20,711 nt of DNA from Candidatus Heimdallarchaeota archaeon (lineage in GTDB: Archaea > Asgardarchaeota > Heimdallarchaeia > Heimdallarchaeales > Heimdallarchaeaceae). Shown piece after piece: positions 8,261 through 15,750 of the stretch. Position numbers and translations under genes: made by a program. The stretch lies in contig DXJF01000118.1 in assembly GCA_019057375.1 (NCBI GenBank), positions 1 through 20,711 on the forward strand, in the 5' to 3' direction. Under the pieces are notes generated by a model that searched no databases, had not been told where the DNA came from, and worked only from the letters and a program-made list of their open reading frames with translations. How positions within the stretch are numbered: the stretch's first letter is position 1; every line of letters begins with the position of its first letter.

Positions 8261-9229
8261 ATGAATCACAAGGATAAACATTCTAGAATTAGCCCCATTA
8301 ATCTAGATAAAGATGCTACAATTAACGAAATAGCAAATGAGTTCAAGAATTCAGGTGTTTTTGGAGCTGGAAGAATCGCAAAAGCGATTGATATTTATTC
8401 AGAAATGCTGGAAAAGAAAGCTACTGTTTTTCTTGGAATAGCAGGAGCTCTTGTTCCTGGAGGGATGAAAAAAATCATTACTGATATGATAAGAAACGAT
8501 ATGGTACATGTTATAGTGACGACAGGTGCCAATGTAACACATGATATCATTGAAGCTTTTGGTGGAGAACACCTCCGTCATGTACCTTATACCTCAGATT
8601 CAGAATTAAGAGAAGAATCAATAGACAGAATATATGATGCATTTGTTGCTGATGATTCGTTTATGAAACTCGAGGACAATATTCAACCAATCTTTAACGA
8701 AATTTACGAGAAGAATAAAGATTCAAATAACATATTAGCAATGTCCACAAGACAATTAATGTTTTTAATAGGAGAAAAATTAGATGATCCTGATTCATTT
8801 GTTAGAGCTGCTTACGAGAAAAATGTACCGATTTATGTCCCAGCATTCGGAGATAGCATACTAGGTCTTCAACTTTGGTTATTTTCTCAAATGAAAAAAA
8901 TCTATATTGATGATATGGGGGATTTAGGTGAAATTCAGAGATCTGCTTGGGATTCAGATTTAGCAGGAGCTTTTTTCCTTGGAGGAGGAGTTCCCAAAAA
9001 CTATATCTTCCAGTCAAGGCTTATGTCTCCGAAAACTTTTGATTATGCTATTCAAATTACTATGGATAGAGTTGAAACTGGGGGACTCTCTGGTGCTTCC
9101 TTAGAAGAAGCTATTTCTTGGGGAAAAGTAGATCAAGAAAGTCGCATGACTACTGTTATTTCTGATGTCACTATTGCTTTACCACTTATTTATTCAGCTA
9201 CTTTATCTCGAATAAAAAAATCTGACTAG
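8261..9229 (+). CDS. dys: Deoxyhypusine synthase (archaeal/haloarchaeal-type)
   Basis: FGAGRIAKA, AGALVPGG, TTGANVTHD, GGGVPKNY and GGLSGASLEEAISWGK with the catalytic Lys. Confidence 0.92.
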   Translation: MNHKDKHSRISPINLDKDATINEIANEFKNSGVFGAGRIAKAIDIYSEMLEKKATVFLGIAGALVPGGMKKIITDMIRNDMVHVIVTTGANVTHDIIEAFGGEHLRHVPYTSDSELREESIDRIYDAFVADDSFMKLEDNIQPIFNEIYEKNKDSNNILAMSTRQLMFLIGEKLDDPDSFVRAAYEKNVPIYVPAFGDSILGLQLWLFSQMKKIYIDDMGDLGEIQRSAWDSDLAGAFFLGGGVPKNYIFQSRLMSPKTFDYAIQITMDRVETGGLSGASLEEAISWGKVDQESRMTTVISDVTIALPLIYSATLSRIKKSD

Positions 9230-9274
9230 TACTAGGACAAAATTATTATTTGAACGATATTTCTTTATTAATAG

Positions 9275-10072
9275 ATGTGTGGGAATAGTGTTCATACCTT
9301 CGTCTCTACAGAGGCATTACTTAGTCTTATGACCAACTCTAATTGCAAAATATTAGATTTGCGTGATTACTCTAAATTTCAGAAGGGCCATATTACTGGA
9401 GCGATACATATTGATAACAGTATTTTTGTTGAACAAAATGAAGACGGTATAAATGTTATTCCTGACTGTAAAATAATTGCTAACTATCTTAACCAAAAGG
9501 GGATTAAAAATGAAGACATACTTATATTAGTTGATGATGTTTTTAATCTTAATTGTTCTATAGCTGCTTGGACTCTTCACTATTTTTGTTTCAGAAATGT
9601 TATTCTCTTAGATGGTGCCTTTTCTAAATGGGAAAAGGAAAATAATGAGTTATCTACAGAAGAAATACAATTAGAGAGAGGAGATTTCACACTTGACAAA
9701 CAAGATGACACCATATTGATTTCGAAGGAGGAGATAATAATGAATCTCAATTCTGATGATTTCATATTTGTAGATAATCGTTCAGAGTATGCTATCCTTT
9801 TAGATCAACAAGGTGGAAATATTCCAGGGGCTATTCATTTCTGGTATCTAGATCTTTTCGAAGAATATCCTGACTATTTCATTATTAAGAAAAATGAAGA
9901 TTTAATTGGTGAAATGAATGTAAGGGAAATAAACAAGGATAAAACAATAATCGTTTATTGTGAGTCAGCTCCCCAGTCAGCTCTAGTTTATCTGGCTCTA
10001 AAAGAATTAGGTTATCCTGATGTCAGGTTGTATTTAGCAGGATATGATGAGTGGAGATTAAATTGTGGTTAG
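9275..10072 (+). CDS. Tandem-domain rhodanese/sulfurtransferase
   Basis: ILDLR..YSKFQKGHITGAI, LLDGAFSKW, VDNRS, GNIPGA, IIVYCES (active-site Cys) and YLAGYDEW. Confidence 0.88.
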   Translation: MCGNSVHTFVSTEALLSLMTNSNCKILDLRDYSKFQKGHITGAIHIDNSIFVEQNEDGINVIPDCKIIANYLNQKGIKNEDILILVDDVFNLNCSIAAWTLHYFCFRNVILLDGAFSKWEKENNELSTEEIQLERGDFTLDKQDDTILISKEEIIMNLNSDDFIFVDNRSEYAILLDQQGGNIPGAIHFWYLDLFEEYPDYFIIKKNEDLIGEMNVREINKDKTIIVYCESAPQSALVYLALKELGYPDVRLYLAGYDEWRLNCG

Positions 10073-10096
10073 GTATGAAAAATATACTTAATAACA

Positions 10097-11911
10097 CTAT
10101 TTTAGACCTAATTTTTTCAAATCAAAACCATACATTCTAGATATTTCTACGTTTAATATGTCTTCAATTATTTTCGCTTCCTCATCTTCACTCCCATCAG
10201 ATTTCTTGACTATCTTTAATAATTCCTTTACTAAGGGAGTTATCTCATTTCTTATTTCAAACCTAGGTATAGGTATTTTCTTCAAAGGATTGGAAAAAAA
10301 TTCCATCATTCTACCTTTCCTTTTACCTGCTAAAGAATACCAGAAGTGAATGAATTCACTGTTCAGAATTCCTAAAATTGAATGTATATCTGTACTTTTG
10401 ACAGGAAGAATTGCATAAATATCTGTAGCAGCAAATGACCCATTCTCGTCAAGAGCAAATTTCGTTGTTGGACTTCTATAAGGACAAAGAATTCTCTTTT
10501 CCTTAGACAGAAACAAGTCTAAGTTCCTATATACGCTGTAATCAAACCATCTAATTTTTCCTGATTTCATTAATTTCTGCCGATCTGGACCAGATTTTAA
10601 TCTCTCCTTGTTATTTAAAAGATATTTGTTGGTATTTGGATAATTATCTAGTGAATCAATCTTTGATGGTAAAATAGCTTGTTTTTCCACTTTCTCTGAA
10701 ATAAACCACTTTTGTATATCACTATTTGTTACAAAAGGAACAAGTACATCGGGTTCAATTGAATATTGTGTAACTTCGGATTTAGGAATTACAAATATAT
10801 CTTTTGCACCCGGAGATAAACCTTGAAAAACTAATGAGATATCGCCTAACTTTTCTAAAGAAGTATTAGTTTCTAGACTACGTAAGTACTCATTATAAGG
10901 CGATATTATCCATTTCTCTTTCCCTAAGTAAGATTGTTTAATTGGAAAGAATTGCTCATTGAATAACTGATTGATTTTTTCTTTTTGAACGGTTGACTCA
11001 ATGAAGAAATCTTTTACTGCTGAAAAAGTCTGAGATGGACAGTTTTCTTCTAAAGTTAAAATACAAGTGGAAATGTTTAACCATTTTCCCTCATCCTTGA
11101 AAATCTTATTGCCTTCCAAATCTACAATTTCTAAGATATTCCTTTTGAGGAGATCTTCTCTAAGTTTGTCTGCATATCTGTTTTCAATCCAGTAATTAGG
11201 AATGATGAATGAAAAAATACCTCCCACATTCAACATATCAATGGATTGTTTCACAAAATAATAATAAATATCAGAAGAAGAACGAAAGAAATTCTTCCAT
11301 AAATGTGAAGATTTTAAATAATCATACAAAATCTGAGCATTTTCATCGACCAAAACCATTTTTTTTAAATTGAAATAAGGAGGATTTCCGATTATAACAT
11401 CAAATTTATTGTCTTCCCCAAAATTATCTTTCCAAGAAAGGGGATTGAGTTTTTCTGCTTTTTTTATGCCCAGAATATCAAAAGCATCTAAACTCACTAT
11501 ACTATTTCCATATTTTAGATTTGGTAAATCACTGTTCTTTAGAAAAGGATACTGCTCTTTCAGGATATTTTTACATGTATCTAAACTACCTTTATCCAAT
11601 TCGATTCCATAAATATTTGAAGATGCAAAATGCTGAAAAAACTCATTTTTCTCTTCATTAACTACTGAATCGAATCCTTTGAGTATGGAGTTTAATTTGT
11701 TAAGTAGTCCAACAATAAAATTTCCAGAACCAATTGCAGGATCACAAAATCTAAGTTTGAGAATTGAACTTTGAAAATCTCTGAAAGAATCAAGAGCAAG
11801 CAGATTATTTGCTTGAAGATGATAAAAAACCCTCTCTACCATGAAATCAACAATAAAACTAGGAGTGTAGAAAGCTCCAGTTTGTTTCTTTGCTCGATTG
11901 GGTCCTATCAT
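10097..11911 (-). CDS. N6-adenine DNA methyltransferase, Eco57I/TaqI-like gamma class with C-terminal target-recognition domain; no nuclease domain
   Basis: GAFYTP (motif X), DPAIGSGNF (motif I), GIELD (II), FDVIIGNPPY (IV), GGIFSFIIP (VI), then TaqI_C-like FQGL..G, WFDY and LGILNS. Motif X starts at about residue 12, so there is no N-terminal REase. Confidence 0.9.
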   Translation of the reverse strand: MIGPNRAKKQTGAFYTPSFIVDFMVERVFYHLQANNLLALDSFRDFQSSILKLRFCDPAIGSGNFIVGLLNKLNSILKGFDSVVNEEKNEFFQHFASSNIYGIELDKGSLDTCKNILKEQYPFLKNSDLPNLKYGNSIVSLDAFDILGIKKAEKLNPLSWKDNFGEDNKFDVIIGNPPYFNLKKMVLVDENAQILYDYLKSSHLWKNFFRSSSDIYYYFVKQSIDMLNVGGIFSFIIPNYWIENRYADKLREDLLKRNILEIVDLEGNKIFKDEGKWLNISTCILTLEENCPSQTFSAVKDFFIESTVQKEKINQLFNEQFFPIKQSYLGKEKWIISPYNEYLRSLETNTSLEKLGDISLVFQGLSPGAKDIFVIPKSEVTQYSIEPDVLVPFVTNSDIQKWFISEKVEKQAILPSKIDSLDNYPNTNKYLLNNKERLKSGPDRQKLMKSGKIRWFDYSVYRNLDLFLSKEKRILCPYRSPTTKFALDENGSFAATDIYAILPVKSTDIHSILGILNSEFIHFWYSLAGKRKGRMMEFFSNPLKKIPIPRFEIRNEITPLVKELLKIVKKSDGSEDEEAKIIEDILNVEISRMYGFDLKKLGLK

Positions 11912-11940
11912 CTAATATTTAAAATATCACAGAAGGACAA

Positions 11941-11948
11941 ATATAAAA
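11941..11948 (-). promoter_or_regulatory. Putative TATA box for a leaderless MTase transcript
   Basis: GTTTATAT on the minus strand about 30 nt before ATG 11911; no RBS visible. Confidence 0.4.
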
Positions 11949-11957
11949 CTATCTACT

Positions 11958-11978
11958 AAGAAGCTTCTTTCCCCCTCC
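11958..11978 (+). repeat. Direct repeat copy A (AAGAAGCTTCTTTCCCCCTCC)
   Basis: 20/21 identical to 14070-14090; begins with the perfect 12-bp palindrome AAGAAGCTTCTT. Confidence 0.75.
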
Positions 11979-11998
11979 AGGCAACATGAATGAAAAAC

Positions 11999-12778
11999 TT
12001 ATTCAAACTCAAATTCTGCTACTTCACCACCAACGACATGATAGTGAATATCAATCTTTTGATTTTCAGGTATCTTTTCTTTTTCCATTTCTTTAGCAAT
12101 TTCCTCTTTTAATCTTGCAAATTTAGCAGTAATTTCTGTCAAGAGACTAAGAATCTGAAAAAGATGTCGAGGTTTAGAAATCTTCATATCCAAAGGAAAA
12201 TTGGATATACTTCCAAGAGGATAATTCTCATTCATTGGCTTAGCTCCCTTTTTGAAAGCTTTTTCAGCTGTTTCCAGATTGTTTAACATCATACTCTCAA
12301 GATAGTGATTATAAGCAATACTCCTTCTTTCCTTATCTGTAATAATACCCAGATCAGGATGTTCAGAAAGTAGTTTCATGTGCATCTGAGTAATTTCTTC
12401 ATCTGTCTGTTCTAATATTCTTTTGTACGTTTCTTGCAATTTTGTTTCTAACATTTCAAGAGGTGGTTCCCCAAAATTCCTTTCGGCTACCTTAGAAAGT
12501 CTATAATAAATTCCTTTATTCTCACGTGTTTTCTTGTTATCAACAACTAGTAATTCAGGTTCTCTGGTTAAATCTTTCAAATGATGATAAATTGTAGCCT
12601 CGTTTTTCCCCAAAATTCTAGCTAGTTTCTTAATGTTTGCTGAACCAAAATTACTAATTACCATAATAATACCGTACCTGGTCTCAACTTTGTAAACTTC
12701 ATTTACTCTATCAAGAATCTTCTTCCCTTGTGCCTTTAGTTTCTTGTAGTCAACTTCGATTTTTTCGGATTTACTCAT
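11999..12778 (-). CDS. Winged helix-turn-helix (ArsR-like) transcriptional regulator with a large C-terminal domain
   Basis: ANIKKLARILGKNEATIYHHLKDL HTH followed by the wing GIYYRLS. Start is ATG 12778 or TTG 12784. Confidence 0.82.
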   Translation of the reverse strand: MSKSEKIEVDYKKLKAQGKKILDRVNEVYKVETRYGIIMVISNFGSANIKKLARILGKNEATIYHHLKDLTREPELLVVDNKKTRENKGIYYRLSKVAERNFGEPPLEMLETKLQETYKRILEQTDEEITQMHMKLLSEHPDLGIITDKERRSIAYNHYLESMMLNNLETAEKAFKKGAKPMNENYPLGSISNFPLDMKISKPRHLFQILSLLTEITAKFARLKEEIAKEMEKEKIPENQKIDIHYHVVGGEVAEFEFE

Positions 12779-12839
12779 TTCCAAGTCGCCCTTTAATCCT
12801 CTCTAATAACTCTTTCATTGAAACTATATAAATTTAACC

Positions 12840-12855
12840 ATCAAATTAATTTGAT
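12840..12855. promoter_or_regulatory. Perfect 16-bp palindrome, candidate operator
   Basis: ATCAAATTAATTTGAT between the divergent wHTH and GNAT genes, next to the minus-strand TATA (about 12825-12833); a further half-site ATTTGATG at 12891-12898. Confidence 0.55.
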
Positions 12856-12954
12856 ACCGAAATGTTTAATAGTGTTTAACAATAGCAATATTTGATGATT
12901 AAATTATTATGATAGTCCAATGATTAAATGTGAGAGAAAAAAAAGGTGTAAAAA

Positions 12955-13974
12955 ATGAATATGAAGATTGAAACTGAAAATAGCGAATTAAAGATGCGAG
13001 CATGGGATTTTGCAAAAGATCATGAAAATGTCATTAAACTATTAGATATTGTTTTTGAGAAAGAGTTGGAAGCAAAGGGATTGAATGTCAAAGTGATATT
13101 TGATGAATTCAAAGCTATACTCCCTCTTATGAATTTCTTGGGAATTTTTTCTAAAAACTATAAACATATGCTAGATGGTTACGTTTTTGAAAAAGAAGAC
13201 GGAGAAATTGTTGCTTCAGTAAATATAGGTTATAGTATCCTTTATTGGGAAATAGGTATGGTAGCTACTCACCCAAATTATAGACGACGAGGATTAGCTA
13301 GACAGCTTGTAACAGCTGCAATCGACCATGCTAAAGAACTTGGGGCTAAGCTATGCGTGTTAGAAGTTTTAGATGTAAACGAACCTGCATACAAATTATA
13401 CAGTAATTTAGGTTTTGTTCACTATGACAGTATCACTAGACAGAAATTAGAGTTCGGTAAACTTTCTGATATTCCTACCGTAGATCTTCCAGAAGAGTAC
13501 GAGCTTCGAAAACTTGATAGGAATAAGAAATCTAAACAAGCAAGATATGATTTAGACTTGAGGGTTACTCCTGAAGACGTTCAAGTTTTTCATCCTATTG
13601 ATAAAAGAAGATATTTCAAACCTCTATTGATTCGATTAATACGACCTTTAGCTAAGTTTCTACTCAAGATTAAACGTTTTGATTGGTTAATTTATAATGG
13701 AGAAAATCTCGAGGGTCATGTTTCTATATTTCCGAGCCGAAAAGAAGATTCACCTCACAGAATAGATTTGATGTTTGATCCAGCTCATAGCCAAGTTCTT
13801 TCGGAACCAATGATAGCTCTCAGTTTACTAACTCTCAAGAAAAACACAACAAATGAAGAAAATATAATTGTTGAGTTCAGAACATCAGAGATAAAACAAT
13901 TGGAAACAACTAGAAAGTATGGTTTTGTTGATATTGAAACGATGCATCTACTAGGATTGAAAATTGAGGATTAA
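12955..13974 (+). CDS. GNAT acetyltransferase with a second degenerate GNAT-like domain
   Basis: Motif A VATHPNYRRRGLARQLV, motif B LEVLDVNEPAYKLYSNLGF; the C-terminal half ends in a GNAT-like YGFVDIE; AGGTG RBS. Confidence 0.88.
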   Translation: MNMKIETENSELKMRAWDFAKDHENVIKLLDIVFEKELEAKGLNVKVIFDEFKAILPLMNFLGIFSKNYKHMLDGYVFEKEDGEIVASVNIGYSILYWEIGMVATHPNYRRRGLARQLVTAAIDHAKELGAKLCVLEVLDVNEPAYKLYSNLGFVHYDSITRQKLEFGKLSDIPTVDLPEEYELRKLDRNKKSKQARYDLDLRVTPEDVQVFHPIDKRRYFKPLLIRLIRPLAKFLLKIKRFDWLIYNGENLEGHVSIFPSRKEDSPHRIDLMFDPAHSQVLSEPMIALSLLTLKKNTTNEENIIVEFRTSEIKQLETTRKYGFVDIETMHLLGLKIED

Positions 13975-14069
13975 CCTCAATTATTCCTTTTTATAATAAA
14001 TCTAAACTAAGAAAATTCTATTTATTTATTTTAGCATAAATGATGAAGATTAATGATGGAGATACTAAG

Positions 14070-14090
14070 AAGAAGCTTCCTTCCCCCTCC
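14070..14090 (+). repeat. Direct repeat copy B (AAGAAGCTTCCTTCCCCCTCC)
   Basis: 20/21 identical to 11958-11978; both copies have ACTAAG at their 5' side. Confidence 0.75.
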
Positions 14091-14172
14091 CTTATCCGGT
14101 GTTGAAACTCCTACCACTAGGATGTTATGTAGCCAGTCAAAGAAAGGAAACCAACAACTTCCTTAAGAATGT

Positions 14173-14216
14173 CTAAGAAAATTGCAGTTAGATTGCATGT
14201 CACTAGATTTTCTTAG
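14173..14216. repeat. 10-bp inverted repeat CTAAGAAAAT / ATTTTCTTAG with a 24-nt spacer
   Basis: Arms at 14173-14182 and 14207-14216, immediately before TTTTTATA (about 14219-14226) upstream of the glycosyltransferase; a third copy lies at 14007-14016. Confidence 0.6.
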
Positions 14217-14277
14217 TGTTTTTATACCATTCACCTGACTAGGTAAACTTTAACAATTCTTGGAGTGATTTTATTCT

Positions 14278-15750
14278 GTGCCAGAGCTAAGATTGCTTGA
14301 AAAAGCTACTACGCGACTAAAAATCAACAATTACGATCTTCTTATCCAGATTGGCATATGCCTTGTTCTTTTTCTCACTTCTATATTTGTTCGAATAGCT
14401 CTTCGTACTTGGTTTTTGTCTCACTACGACACTAGTTCTTATTTTTCTCTTGAAGGCTACCAATGGGAAGTCTATAATGATCCTGAAGTTTATTATCAGC
14501 ATTATCTTTATGCATTCAAATATGAATCTTGGAATCCTTATGCTTTCGACAGAGAATTTCCACTTACTGGTTATGTTTATGGTCCTTATTTTGTCTTCTT
14601 CTTAGTAATTATATCCTATTTTATCGATATCTTCTTTCCTGGATTACCTCGTCTAGATAGAGCCTGGATGGCCGTTACTTTTACTCCCCTGATTTTTGAT
14701 TCTATCACTACAGTTTTCATTTATCTTATTTTATTAAAGAAACCACAAAATGGTAAAAGAAATAAGCTAAATCAGTTCTATTCCCTCTTTGCAGCTGTTA
14801 TTTTCATTTTCATGCCTTTGGTCTTATTCTACAACGATTTTGTATTTCTCAATTCGTATATGTTCACTACTTTCGCTGTCATCTCTTTTTACTATTTACA
14901 AAAATCTAAATACAAACTTTCAGCTTTCTTTATTGTATTATCAGTTCTCACTAAACTTAATTCGCTATTTTTGGTGCCTTTCTGGTTTCTCTATCTCTTC
15001 AAACTGGATAGAAAAACCGCTCTTAAATATCTAATCAATTTAATAATTTTCTTTTTCCTTCTTTCATTTCCTTGGATATTAATCAAGCCTTTCAATTATA
15101 TTTGGTTACAAGCATGGCCTGGAGGAACGTACAATACAAAATTCTCTATTGAGGTTACCTACCAAATATGGTCTACCACTCCTTTTCATGCGCTACTATT
15201 TTGGGGGATGGAAGGATTAGCAAAATTCTATTTTTATCTTAATAGGGTTTATGTTCCCCTGCTTTTATTCCTAATTCTCAGCTATTTTACAGTTCTACTC
15301 AAAGCAAACCATTTTCAAAAAAAAGAGAGTTCATTCATCTCTTTTCAAGCGATGTTTATTATAGGTACCCATGTTTTTCTCTCTCGAGGAAACTACAAGT
15401 ATTATGATTCATTCTTTATTCCTTTCGTTATACTTGCTTTAGCTTCAAGAGCTCAAGATTTTGATAAAAAATGGGTAGGGGTGGGGCTTTTTTTTGTATT
15501 CTCAGGATGGATCTTTCTACTTAGTATATGGATAATAGTTAAAGTCAAATGGTTACATATTTTCTATACAATCCTTATGATGCTAACTATGGTTGTCACT
15601 TTTGATATTCCTCTACACACAGCTTTTTACAGAAAAGCGAATTACAAAGATCTTTTTGACTATCTTAAAATTCAACTAAAAGAAATAAAAGAAATTAGAT
15701 TTAAGAAAAAGGAAAAGAGAAAAGAAAAGAGAAATTCTAAACACAAGTAG
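14278..15750 (+). CDS. GT-C fold membrane glycosyltransferase (GT87/PIG-M/PimE-like)
   Basis: First TM followed by a loop with YNDPEVYY (DxE) and YVYGP, then many TM helices, N-S-Y-M...LSVLTKLNSLFLVP, and a Lys/Arg-rich C-tail; GGAGTGA RBS before the GTG start. Confidence 0.72.
   Translation: MPELRLLEKATTRLKINNYDLLIQIGICLVLFLTSIFVRIALRTWFLSHYDTSSYFSLEGYQWEVYNDPEVYYQHYLYAFKYESWNPYAFDREFPLTGYVYGPYFVFFLVIISYFIDIFFPGLPRLDRAWMAVTFTPLIFDSITTVFIYLILLKKPQNGKRNKLNQFYSLFAAVIFIFMPLVLFYNDFVFLNSYMFTTFAVISFYYLQKSKYKLSAFFIVLSVLTKLNSLFLVPFWFLYLFKLDRKTALKYLINLIIFFFLLSFPWILIKPFNYIWLQAWPGGTYNTKFSIEVTYQIWSTTPFHALLFWGMEGLAKFYFYLNRVYVPLLLFLILSYFTVLLKANHFQKKESSFISFQAMFIIGTHVFLSRGNYKYYDSFFIPFVILALASRAQDFDKKWVGVGLFFVFSGWIFLLSIWIIVKVKWLHIFYTILMMLTMVVTFDIPLHTAFYRKANYKDLFDYLKIQLKEIKEIRFKKKEKRKEKRNSKHK

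Noticed and set aside
10072-10072. Amber (TAG) stop after the rhodanese terminal CG as possible pyrrolysine readthrough
   Set aside because: An in-frame TGA follows one codon later and no pyl genes are in the window.
11961-11966. AAGCTT as the recognition site of a lost cognate restriction enzyme
   Set aside because: AAGCTT occurs repeatedly in the window (e.g. near 929, 8555, 12256, 14073, 16574, 19753), so there is no sign of avoidance; MTase specificity cannot be inferred.
14095-14135. tRNA-like D-arm (TCCT-AGTGGT-AGGA) on the minus strand
   Set aside because: No T-arm GTTCRA at the right spacing, no anticodon arm and no acceptor stem pairing; not a tRNA.
14031-14162. Minus-strand open frame GSCWFPFFDWLHNILVVGVSTPDKGGGRKLLL... 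resembling GNAT motif A
   Set aside because: No convincing start, only 43 codons, and the similarity rests on a few low-complexity residues; could be a gene relic but is unsupported.
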